Below are positions 1 through 8,291 of a DNA stretch of 32,000 nt, piece by piece. Numbering within the stretch: position 1 is the first letter of the stretch; each line of letters opens with the position of its first letter. The notes under the pieces are model-generated. The model did no database searches, had not been told where the DNA came from, and worked only from the letters and a program-made list of their open reading frames with translations. Origin of the DNA: Phycisphaera mikurensis NBRC 102666 (GTDB lineage Bacteria; Planctomycetota; Phycisphaerae; Phycisphaerales; Phycisphaeraceae); assembly GCF_000284115.1 (NCBI RefSeq), contig NC_017080.1, forward strand, positions 900,001 through 932,000, given 5' to 3'. Position numbers and translations under genes: made by a program.

Positions 1-703
1 GGAGCGAGAAGGCGGCGGGGTCGGCCCGGTCCGCGGATCCGGCGGCCGCGGCCGGCGCGGGCGGCTGGGCCCCCGCGGCGAGCCGCGCCGCGGGGGTCCG
101 CGCGGCCGGATCGGGCAGCGGCACCGGCTCCAAGCCCACGGCCAGCGCGTGGTCCGGCACGCCGTACGCGCGGAGGAAGACGCTCATCACCGGGCCCGGC
201 GGGCCCGTCTGGGCGGGCGGGTACACCGTCGCGGCGAAGTTCAGGAAGAACAGCAGCGACACCGGCAGCAGGATGAAGTACGTGAAGCCCACGCCCAGCG
301 CGGTCATGATCGTGCTGAAGGGCGCGAGCACGTACACCGCCCGCCGCTCGTGCTTGTACAGGCCGACCGCGACGAACTGCCAGAGCTGCACGAGGATCCA
401 CGGCGAGGCGAGGATCAAGGCGCCCACCAGCGTCACCGGCAGGTAGACGCCGGTGAAGCCGGCGGTCGGGTCGGTCACGTAGGTCTGCGGCGGGAACCCG
501 GTGGCGTCCATCGCCAGCAGCAGCGGGCGGGCGATCCACGCGATCAGCCGCGGCCCGTACCACACGGTGACGCCGAGGGCGATGCCGCAACCCAGCAGCG
601 CCCTCACCAGCCGCCGGCGCAGCTCGTCGAGGTGGTCGCCCAGGGGCATCGGCGGGTCCTCCGCCTCGGGCGTGGCGGGCGGGAGCTGGTCGAGCGGCGG
701 CAC
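1..703 (-). CDS. tatC: Sec-independent protein translocase TatC (3' end lies outside window); GTG start at 703, or ATG at 649
   Basis: Reverse-strand translation gives MPLGDHLDELRRRLVRALLGCGIALGVTVWYGPRLIAWIARPLLLAM...FTGVYLPVTLVGALILASPWILVQLWQFVAVGLYKHERRAVYVLAPFSTIMTALGVGFTYFILLPVSLLFFLNF, a typical TatC pattern, followed by a Pro/Ala-rich tail. Confidence 0.93.
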   Translation of the reverse strand, partial: MPPLDQLPPATPEAEDPPMPLGDHLDELRRRLVRALLGCGIALGVTVWYGPRLIAWIARPLLLAMDATGFPPQTYVTDPTAGFTGVYLPVTLVGALILASPWILVQLWQFVAVGLYKHERRAVYVLAPFSTIMTALGVGFTYFILLPVSLLFFLNFAATVYPPAQTGPPGPVMSVFLRAYGVPDHALAVGLEPVPLPDPAARTPAARLAAGAQPPAPAAAAGSADRADPAAFSL

Positions 704-865
704 AGGGCTGTTTTAGTGCGCCGTGCGCAATCTCCTGACTGCCTCTGCGGGCGGGGCGCGCCCCTCGCCGCGTCGGCTGCACCGCACTGCGGGGGCGGGG
801 CGGCTTCGCCACCTCGCGATCGACACGTCCCGCGCCCGCCGGCCCGGCGCCTTCTAGCGTCCGCC

Positions 866-2461
866 ATGCACAGCACCAACGGACGCACCCGGAGCGTTTG
901 GGCGGCCCCGCGCGGCGAGGGTGCGGGCCAGGATCCGCCGCTGGGCGAGAGCCAGAGCGCGGACGTGGTGGTGGTGGGCGCGGGCATCGCCGGCGTCACC
1001 ACCGCCTGCCTGCTCGCGGCGGAGGGCAAGAGCGTCGTGGTGCTCGACGACGGCCCCGCCTTCGGCGGCGAGAGCCTCCGGACGACCGGGCACCTCAACG
1101 ACTACCCCGACGACGGTCTCCGGGAGATCGAGAGCCACCACGGCACCGAGGGCCTCAAGGCCTGCGTCGACAGCTTCGCCTTCGCGCTGCGAACCATCGA
1201 GCGGCTCGCCGCCGAGGCCGGCGTGCCCGACGCGGTGCGGCGAATCCCGGCTTACCTGGTCGTGGTGGACGACGGCCGAAGCCAGAATTACCTCGCCGAG
1301 GAGCTGCACGCCGCCGAGCGGATCGGCTACCCGCTCGAGGCCGTGCACCGCGCCCCCACGCCCGCCGGGCCCGACGGCCGCGCCCTGCGGATGGACCGCC
1401 AGGGCCGACTCGACGCGGCCGCCTACTTCCCGGCGCTGCTCACGCTCGCGCGCGAACGGGGCGTGAAGCTCTACCCGGGCACCCGCGTCGCGGACATGCG
1501 GGCGCAGACCGGCGACGGCGGCGAGCCCGACCGCGGCGGCACCTGGGTGGAGACCCGCGACGGCCACCGCGTGAACGCCGACTGGATCGTCACCGCCACC
1601 AACTCGCCGGTGAACCCGAGCCTCGCCGATCTCGCCGCGATCCACGCCCGCCAGGCCGGCTACATGACCTACGCGGTCGCGCTCGACGCCGCGGGGGCGG
1701 GCGTCGAGGACGCCCAGTTCTCCGACACGCGTGAGCCGTACCGCTACGCCCGACGCGCGGAACTCGGCGGCCGCGAGGTGCTCATCGCCGGCGGCGAGGA
1801 CCACAAGGTCGGTCAGGACCAGGACCAGGACCAGGACCCCGAGCCGGGCCGCACCGGCGGGGAGAGATTCGACCGCCTCGAGGCCTGGGCCCGCTCGTGG
1901 TGGCCGGGGCTCGGCGAGCGGACGCACGCCTGGAGCGGGCAGGTCTTCGAGCCCGTCGACGGCGTCGGCTTCGTCGGCCGCAACCCCGGCAGCGCCGAGA
2001 ACAGCCTCATCATCACCGGCGACAGCGGCCAGGGCCTCACCCACGGCACCGCCGGCGCGCTCATCGTCACCGACCGCATCCTCGGCAAGAAGAACCCCTG
2101 GGCGCGTCTGTACGACCCCTCGCGGGTGCTGCGCTCGGTCACCGCCGACCTCGTGACCGAGAACGCCGACGCGCTCGCCCACTACGGCCAGTGGCTCACC
2201 GCCGGCGACGCGAAGGACGCCGACGACATCCCCGTCTGCGGCGGCGCAACCCTCCGCGAGGGCGTCAAGAAGGTCTGCGTCCACCGCGACGCGGACGGGC
2301 GGCTGCACCGCTTCAGCGCCGCGTGCCCGCACCAGAACGCGGTGATGCACTGGAACCCGGTGGAGGGGACGTGGGACTGCCCGGTGCACGCGAGCCGGTT
2401 CACGGCGCTCGGCGTCCCGATCAACGGGCCCGCGCTGGAGGGCATGACGCGGGTGGACTGA
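866..2461 (+). CDS. FAD-dependent oxidoreductase with C-terminal Rieske [2Fe-2S] domain (YhfW-like)
   Basis: Dinucleotide-binding motif VVVVGAGIAGVTTACLLAAEGKSVVVLDD near the N-terminus. C-terminal ACPHQNAVMHWNPVEGTWDCPVHASRF has the Rieske C-x-H...C-x2-H pattern. ATG at 866 inside the longer 149..2461 ORF. Confidence 0.9.
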   Translation: MHSTNGRTRSVWAAPRGEGAGQDPPLGESQSADVVVVGAGIAGVTTACLLAAEGKSVVVLDDGPAFGGESLRTTGHLNDYPDDGLREIESHHGTEGLKACVDSFAFALRTIERLAAEAGVPDAVRRIPAYLVVVDDGRSQNYLAEELHAAERIGYPLEAVHRAPTPAGPDGRALRMDRQGRLDAAAYFPALLTLARERGVKLYPGTRVADMRAQTGDGGEPDRGGTWVETRDGHRVNADWIVTATNSPVNPSLADLAAIHARQAGYMTYAVALDAAGAGVEDAQFSDTREPYRYARRAELGGREVLIAGGEDHKVGQDQDQDQDPEPGRTGGERFDRLEAWARSWWPGLGERTHAWSGQVFEPVDGVGFVGRNPGSAENSLIITGDSGQGLTHGTAGALIVTDRILGKKNPWARLYDPSRVLRSVTADLVTENADALAHYGQWLTAGDAKDADDIPVCGGATLREGVKKVCVHRDADGRLHRFSAACPHQNAVMHWNPVEGTWDCPVHASRFTALGVPINGPALEGMTRVD

Positions 2462-2598
2462 TGCGCATCCGGTGACCGCCTCGGGCCCTCGCTCGACCGT
2501 ACCGGGGACGCGGATCACGCCCGAGCAGGCGGAGCCCCGGAGCCTCGGCCGCGGGGGAAGCGCCCGGGTTGCTGCGGGCGGGCCCGGACCGGCGGCGG

Positions 2599-3273
2599 CT
2601 ACTTCCGGGGCGCCAGCTCGTCGATCAGCGAGTCCAGCTGCGCGAGGTCCGAGGAGACCTTCCCGCCGAGGGCCTCCGATTCCGAGCCGGCCTTCTCCAG
2701 CCTGTCTCGGACCTGCCGGACGCCCGTCGCGGTGAGGTCGTTCTTCAGGAAGACCTCGAGGTCGGAGAGCTGCTGGAGCAGCGGCTGGAAGGACTGCTTC
2801 GTGTTGTCCAGGTCGTTGCCGAGCCGGCCGAAGCGGTCGCGCAGCGCCGCCCGGCGGTCGACGGATTGCTGGCGCAGCTCGGGGTCGGCGATGGCGGCGA
2901 GGTCCTGCTCCCAGGTGCTGATGTAGACCCGCTCCGCATTCTGCAGGTTGGCGTACCCCTCCCGAAGGCTCATGGCGAGGTCGCGGACGCCCTCGCGTTG
3001 GCTGCGGTAGCGGTTGAACCAGGGCCCCAGCGCGAGGTCCTGCGGGGCGGTGGCCTCGCGGAGGGTCTCCGCCATGGTGAACAGGCGGCCCTGGCCGTTG
3101 GCGAGGTCCTCCCGGAGCACGCGCAGGCTGGTCAGCGCCTGGCTCGCGTTGGCGATCTCGGGCGCGCCGCCCGCGCTCTTGCCGCCGCCGCAACCGGGGA
3201 GCAGCAGCAGCGCCGCGGAGAGCGCCACCATGACAGCCGCGACGGGGAGGCGGCGGGGAGAGAGGTACATCAT
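2599..3273 (-). CDS. DUF2959-like putative lipoprotein, helical/coiled-coil
   Basis: N-terminal signal with lipobox-like LLPGC. Core pattern TWEQDLAAIADPELRQQS...FQPLLQQLSDLEVFLKNDLTATGV resembles the DUF2959 family. Confidence 0.75.
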   Translation of the reverse strand: MMYLSPRRLPVAAVMVALSAALLLLPGCGGGKSAGGAPEIANASQALTSLRVLREDLANGQGRLFTMAETLREATAPQDLALGPWFNRYRSQREGVRDLAMSLREGYANLQNAERVYISTWEQDLAAIADPELRQQSVDRRAALRDRFGRLGNDLDNTKQSFQPLLQQLSDLEVFLKNDLTATGVRQVRDRLEKAGSESEALGGKVSSDLAQLDSLIDELAPRK

Positions 3274-3420
3274 GGCCGCACGATAGCGGCGCGGCCCGTG
3301 CTGAACGTCATTCAGATTGCCCGGAACCGCCCGCCGATCGACCGGGCTCCGCGGACCAAGAGCCTCCTCGCCGCCCGGCGGCAGCGGTCCGCGGAGCCCG
3401 GCCTCATCCCGCGAGCGGCC

Positions 3421-6255
3421 TCACTCCGCGACCCGGATCATCTCCAGCCCGAGCGTCCCGCCGAGACCCAGCGGGACCCCCCCGCGCCAGCCGCTGGCGG
3501 TCTCGGTGAGGTCGAGCGGGCCCTCGGCGGCGGCGAGCGGCACGCTGGCGATCTCCTCGGACGGGAAGATCGCCAGCTCCAGTGGATCGTTCAGCCGGAT
3601 GGCGGGGCGGTCGGGGGCGAGCGTGAGGCGGAGCGGGTCGCCGGCGATGCGGAGGCCTTCGTCGGTCACCTCCAGCACGATGACCCCCAGGTCGATCCGG
3701 CGGACGCGGGTGGCCGCGTTCTCGGCGGGCTCGCCGCCGGCGGCGTCGCCGAGCCCGGGCAATGCCGCGACCGGCCCGGCCCCCACCCTCGCCGCGGCGG
3801 TGCCCGTGGCTCCGGCTTCGGGGCCCGCCGGGCCGGTGGTGACGACCAGGCGGTACGCCCCGGCGGCCCGCGCCAGCTGCGCCAAGCGGAGCCGGTCGCG
3901 GATGGCCGGCCAGGCCTCGGCGGGCGTGGCGCCTCCCTCGCTCATCGCCGCGACGGCGGCGGCCTGGCCCGCCGCGTCCGCGCCCGCGGCGGCGGCGAGG
4001 CCGGCGCGGGCGCCCGCGGCGAGCCGCGGGTCGGGGTCGTCGGCGAGGCGGAGCAGGGCGTCCTCGTCCCCGACGGCGCGGGCGAGCGCGGCGGCGTCGG
4101 GCGGCCGGCCCGAGGCGATGCCCTCCGCGACGGCGGCGGCGCCCCGGCGGTCGAGGACGAGCCCGGCCGCGGGGGTCTCCGCCGCGCCCGATGCCGCCCG
4201 CAGCGCGGCGGCGGCCACGGCCGCCTGCGCCTCGGGCTCGAGCCCGGTGAGCGGCCCGTCGAGCGCCCGCTCGCTGCCGAGCAGCCGCTGCAGCACGCGG
4301 GAGGCGGCGGGCGCGGGAGCGCCGCCGAGCAGGCGGAGGAGGGCGGTGTTGACCGGATCGGTGTCGGGCGAGCGGGCGAGCAGCACCACCAGGCCCGGGG
4401 GCGGGACGTCGCCCGCGGCCAGCAGCAGCGCGTCGAGGGTGGCGGGGTCGGCGGCGGCCGGGCCCGTGCCGCCGCCGCCGAGGCGGAACAGCCGCAGCGC
4501 CCGGCCGGCGGCGGCCCGCACCGCCGGGTCGCCGGAGCGGAGCTGCTGGATCAGCCCGTGGTCGGGGCGATCCAACGCCAGGGCGCCGGCGGGGATCCGC
4601 AGCGGCGGCCGGTCCGCGACGCCCGCGGGCCGGGGGGCCGCGTCGGCTGGATCGCCGGAGACCGCGGCCCGGAGACGCGCCAGCCACGGGGAGACGCGGG
4701 AGTCGCCGCCTCCGGCATCTTCCAGCGCCGCCAGTGCAGCCCCGACGACGGCGGGCGTGAAGCTGCGGAGCAGCGTGCGGTCGAGCAGGGTCGCGGCGTA
4801 GCCGGAGGCGGCGTCCGCCCCGGGTCGCCGGCCGTCGGCGGACGCGGCGGGCCGCCGGACGGCCGCGGCGAGCACGGCGTCGACGAAAGCCCGCAGCCGC
4901 TCGGGCGGCAGCGACGCCGGCCGCACCGCCGCCGCGGCGGCCTCGGCGAGGGCCGGCCGCTCGGCGGCGGCGTCGATCAGCGTCTCCACGACCTCCGCGG
5001 GCGCCGGGCCGTCGGGGTCTTCCAGCAGCGCCTGCAGCTCGGCTGCGGCACGGCCGGCCTCGAGGTCGGGCACGCCGGCGGGGCCGGTGGCGAGCCCCAT
5101 CATCCGGGCCCGCAGCGAGGCGAGCTGGCCGAACCCGCCCGCCCGCGGCGCGGCGGCGGCGAGCAGGCGGACCGTCGTGGGGGTGGGCGGGACCGCCTGC
5201 GCCAGCTCCCGGATCAGCCGCCGGACGGCCGCCACGTCCCCGCGGTCGATGACCGCCTCGGCCAGCGCGACGGCGGCGGCGTTCTCGGCCGCGGCCTCCC
5301 GCCCGCCGCTGCCCGCGCCCGCGAGCGCGCGGCCGGCGGCCGTCGCGACGAGCAGGTTGCCCAGGCCGTCGCCGGCCCGCACGAGCCGCTCGGGCGGCAG
5401 CGGCACGGCCGAGGCGACGCCGCTTCTCCCGCCCGGGCCACCCGGCCCGCCCGCCATCGCCCGCAGCGCCTCGAACGCCTCGACCCCGACCTCGAAGCGT
5501 CCGCGGCCCCGCTCCTCGAAGACCAGCGGCGCGTCCGGCCGGCGACGCTCGTACACGAGCCAGAGCCGGTCGGGCAGCGGCTGCTCGACGCGGGTGGGCA
5601 GCGCCGCCACCGCGTCCTGCAGAGCGCGGTATTCGTCCCGCTGCGCGCGGTAGAGGTCGGCGGCGGCCCGGGCGGCGTCCCGGTCGCCGCCGGGAACCGC
5701 CCGCGGCGGCGCTTCGGGCCGCAGGCCACGCAGCACGTCGGGAGCCACGAGGTACGCGTAGAGCGAGCCGGCACGGCCCCCCGAGGCCGACGCCTCGAAC
5801 TCGCGCCCCATCCGCTCGGCCTCCCACGAGACGGTGCCGTCGGCCCCCAGCCGCAGCTCCCGCGCCACCCGCGGCGGCTGCGGCGTGGCTGCGGCCGGGG
5901 GCCCGCCCGCGCCTGCGGCGGCTTCGTCCGGCGCCGGCACGGACCAGGCCAGCAGCGCCGCGCCGTCGAGGCCGGCGGCCGGCCGCTCCAGGCGGACGGC
6001 GTCACCGCCCGGTTCCGCGATCACCGGGACCTGGAACAACGACGCCCCCGGCTCCAGCGCGAGGCTCCACACCGGGTCCTCGAGCGTCGTCGCGACGACC
6101 CGCGGGTCGGTCAGCAGCGCCTCCAGGTCGATCCGGAGGCCGCCGGGCTCCGCCGGTTCGGCCTGCTGGGCGGCGCACGGGGAGCCCGCGGCCCAGGCGA
6201 CCAAGACGACCAGGGCGAGCGCGAGAGCGGCGTGCGGGGACCGGAGCGTCTTCAA
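3421..6255 (-). CDS. Large putative secreted/periplasmic protein of unknown function (944 aa), alpha-helical repeat-like
   Basis: Long ORF with an N-terminal signal-like segment (MKTLRSPHAALALALVVLVAWAAGSPCAAQQ) and Ala/Leu-rich helical stretches. Apparent TTG start at 6255. No family recognised. Confidence 0.75.
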   Translation of the reverse strand: MKTLRSPHAALALALVVLVAWAAGSPCAAQQAEPAEPGGLRIDLEALLTDPRVVATTLEDPVWSLALEPGASLFQVPVIAEPGGDAVRLERPAAGLDGAALLAWSVPAPDEAAAGAGGPPAAATPQPPRVARELRLGADGTVSWEAERMGREFEASASGGRAGSLYAYLVAPDVLRGLRPEAPPRAVPGGDRDAARAAADLYRAQRDEYRALQDAVAALPTRVEQPLPDRLWLVYERRRPDAPLVFEERGRGRFEVGVEAFEALRAMAGGPGGPGGRSGVASAVPLPPERLVRAGDGLGNLLVATAAGRALAGAGSGGREAAAENAAAVALAEAVIDRGDVAAVRRLIRELAQAVPPTPTTVRLLAAAAPRAGGFGQLASLRARMMGLATGPAGVPDLEAGRAAAELQALLEDPDGPAPAEVVETLIDAAAERPALAEAAAAAVRPASLPPERLRAFVDAVLAAAVRRPAASADGRRPGADAASGYAATLLDRTLLRSFTPAVVGAALAALEDAGGGDSRVSPWLARLRAAVSGDPADAAPRPAGVADRPPLRIPAGALALDRPDHGLIQQLRSGDPAVRAAAGRALRLFRLGGGGTGPAAADPATLDALLLAAGDVPPPGLVVLLARSPDTDPVNTALLRLLGGAPAPAASRVLQRLLGSERALDGPLTGLEPEAQAAVAAAALRAASGAAETPAAGLVLDRRGAAAVAEGIASGRPPDAAALARAVGDEDALLRLADDPDPRLAAGARAGLAAAAGADAAGQAAAVAAMSEGGATPAEAWPAIRDRLRLAQLARAAGAYRLVVTTGPAGPEAGATGTAAARVGAGPVAALPGLGDAAGGEPAENAATRVRRIDLGVIVLEVTDEGLRIAGDPLRLTLAPDRPAIRLNDPLELAIFPSEEIASVPLAAAEGPLDLTETASGWRGGVPLGLGGTLGLEMIRVAE

Positions 6256-6360
6256 GAAGGATCCCGTGGGAGAGGAGCGGTCGGGCGAGCGGGCGCCGCG
6301 ATCTTATGGAAGGCCGGCCGGGCGGAAGAAGGACCAAGGGGCGGCCGGCGCGGGCCCAAG

Positions 6361-6383
6361 CGGTGCCCGTCCCGTGGGCACCG
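6361..6383. promoter_or_regulatory. Dyad CGGTGCCC-N7-GGGCACCG, candidate enhancer-binding-protein site for the amtB promoter
   Basis: Perfect 8-bp half-sites at 6361-6368 and 6376-6383, about 100 bp upstream of a candidate sigma-54 promoter. Confidence 0.35.
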
Positions 6384-6482
6384 GCGCCGCCGTGCCTCCG
6401 GCGCGCGCACCGATCGGCCGAAGCGATCGCCCGCGGGGCCGCTCCGGCGCTCGCTCCGCTCCACAGGGGCTGGTCGGCCTTC

Positions 6483-6498
6483 TGGCACGGCGTTCGCA
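6483..6498 (+). promoter_or_regulatory. Candidate sigma-54 promoter upstream of amtB-glnK
   Basis: TGGCACG-GCGT-TCGCA versus consensus TGGCACG-N4-TTGCW. The only mismatch is one T to C, and GG/GC spacing is correct. Confidence 0.6.
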
Positions 6499-6509
6499 TA
6501 GTCGTCCGC

Positions 6510-6585
6510 ATCCACCAGGCAGGCCGCTCCCGCACCGTTTGCGGGAGCATCCGCGGGCGTTCCCTCCTTGGGAACGCCCGCTTTT
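6510..6585 (+). ncRNA. Candidate ~76-nt small RNA or terminated leader upstream of amtB
   Basis: Predicted sigma-54 start near 6509-6510. Perfect hairpins at 6526-6548 (9-bp stem) and 6553-6581 (12-bp stem), followed by TTTT. Confidence 0.45.
6553..6585 (+). terminator. Intrinsic-terminator-like hairpin (12-bp stem, 5-nt loop, TTTT)
   Basis: GCGGGCGTTCCC-TCCTT-GGGAACGCCCGC followed by TTTT. Confidence 0.7.
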
Positions 6586-6798
6586 CGTGCGGCCGGGGCG
6601 CGGGCCGGCGTCGTGTTACCGGACGTTGGGCAGCGAGACGCTCCCTGCGCAAGAAAAGCGCAGGAATCCTCGGGAGCGATTGCCGCGCGGGCAATCACCG
6701 GTTAACGTGCCGCCCGAACAAGGAGCCGATCCCCGCCCGGCGTGTGCCGGGAGCCGCGGGTCTGCTCGCTGCACCGCCTCCCTTTGGAGTATTTGAAG

Positions 6799-8223
6799 AT
6801 GAGACGTACGCGTGGAACGTGGTTGCCGCTGCTGGGGGTCGGGGCCGTCGCGGCCCTGTTCGCCGGGCAGGCGATGGGCCAGGACGAGGCGGAGGCCGTG
6901 GTCGCCACGGCAGACAGCGCCACCCAGGCCGCCGCGGATGCGGCGTTCATGACGAACAACCTGTGGATCCTGATCGCGGCGGTGCTCGTGTTCTCGATGC
7001 ACCTGGGCTTCGGCTGCCTCGAGGCGGGCCTGACCCGGGCGAAGAACACGGTCAACATCCTCACGAAGAACACGATGATCGTGCTCATCGGGGTGCTGAC
7101 CTACGGCATCTGCGGCTTCAACCTCATGTACCCCGGCTTCGCCGATGACAGCGGCGGCTTCTTCGGCTTCGCCGGGATGTTCCCGTGGGGTGCGGGCCCG
7201 GCCGCCGCCGACCAGACGGCCGCCTACGCGGACTACACCTACTACGCCGACTTCCTCTTCCAGGCGATGTTCGCGGCCACCGCGGCGACCATCGTCTCGG
7301 GTGCGGTCGCCGGCCGCGTGAAGCTCGGGCCGTTCCTCATCTTCTCGACGCTGTTCGTGGGCCTCGCCTACCCGATCGCCGGTTCCTGGAAGTGGGGCGG
7401 CGGCTGGCTCGACGCGATGGGCTTCTACGACTTCGCCGGCTCGTCGATCGTTCACGCCTTCGGCGGCGGCGGTGCCCTCATGGGTGCCCTGCTGCTGGGC
7501 CCGCGCCTCGGCAAGTACGCCGAGGACGGATCGGTTCACCCGATCCCCGGCCACAACATCCCGCTCGCCTTCATCGGCGTCTTCGTGCTGTGGCTCGGCT
7601 GGTTCGGCTTCAACGGCGGCTCGGTGCTCTCGGCCGATCCGGACCTCGTTTCCAAGGCCATGACGACCACCGCCATCGCGGCCAGCTCCGGCGGCGTCGC
7701 GGCGTACTTCGTCACCCGCCTGATGGCCGGCAAGCCCGACCTGTCGATGATCCTCAACGGCATCCTCGCCGGCCTGGTGGGCATCACCGCCGGCGCCGAC
7801 ACGATGCACATCGGCTCGGCCTCGATCGTCGGCCTCATCGCCGGCGTGATCGTGGTCTTCAGCGTCTACTTCTTCGACAAGGTCAAGATCGACGACCCCG
7901 TGGGCGCCATCTCCGTGCACGGCGTGTGCGGCCTGTGGGGCACCATCGCCGTGGGCATCTTCGGCGTGGCGGATTACCTCGGCACCACCGACGACGGCAC
8001 GCAGGTCGGCAACATCGTGGTGCAGGTGATCGGCACGCTCACCTACTTCCTGTTCGCCTGCATCGTCGCGGGCATCCTCTTCGGCATCCTCAAGGCCATG
8101 GGCCAGCTCCGCGTGTCCGCGGAGGAGGAGATCGAGGGCCTGGACCTCGGCGAGCACGACGCCAACGCGTACCCGGACTTCCAGCAGACCTACATCAAGA
8201 GCTACCACGCGGGCGAGCTTTGA
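6799..8223 (+). CDS. amtB: Ammonium transporter, Amt/AmtB family
   Basis: N-terminal signal-like segment, ...WILIAAVLVFSMHLGFGCLEAGLTRAKN..., FYDFAGSSIVHAFGGGGALMGALLLGPR, PVGAISVHGVCGLWGT and C-terminal LRVSAEEEIEGLDLGEHDANAYPD. GGAG ribosome-binding site upstream of ATG 6799. Confidence 0.97.
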   Translation: MRRTRGTWLPLLGVGAVAALFAGQAMGQDEAEAVVATADSATQAAADAAFMTNNLWILIAAVLVFSMHLGFGCLEAGLTRAKNTVNILTKNTMIVLIGVLTYGICGFNLMYPGFADDSGGFFGFAGMFPWGAGPAAADQTAAYADYTYYADFLFQAMFAATAATIVSGAVAGRVKLGPFLIFSTLFVGLAYPIAGSWKWGGGWLDAMGFYDFAGSSIVHAFGGGGALMGALLLGPRLGKYAEDGSVHPIPGHNIPLAFIGVFVLWLGWFGFNGGSVLSADPDLVSKAMTTTAIAASSGGVAAYFVTRLMAGKPDLSMILNGILAGLVGITAGADTMHIGSASIVGLIAGVIVVFSVYFFDKVKIDDPVGAISVHGVCGLWGTIAVGIFGVADYLGTTDDGTQVGNIVVQVIGTLTYFLFACIVAGILFGILKAMGQLRVSAEEEIEGLDLGEHDANAYPDFQQTYIKSYHAGEL

Positions 8224-8291
8224 TCCGCTGCTGACGCTCGGGCGCCGCACCGCGTCGCCCGCCCCACCCACCACGAACAAGGAACACTGAC

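Noticed and set aside
753-764. GGGGCGCGCCCC palindrome upstream of the FAD/Rieske gene
   Set aside because: A short GC-only palindrome is easily expected by chance at this base composition.
854-3193. Minus-strand ORF of 779 aa
   Set aside because: Antisense to the FAD/Rieske oxidoreductase, which has clear motifs on the plus strand.
2569-6501. Plus-strand ORF of 1310 aa
   Set aside because: Antisense to the 944-aa protein and lipoprotein; low-complexity Gly/Arg-rich translation with no recognisable domain.
6616-8280. Minus-strand ORF of 554 aa
   Set aside because: Antisense to amtB, whose plus-strand protein is unambiguous.
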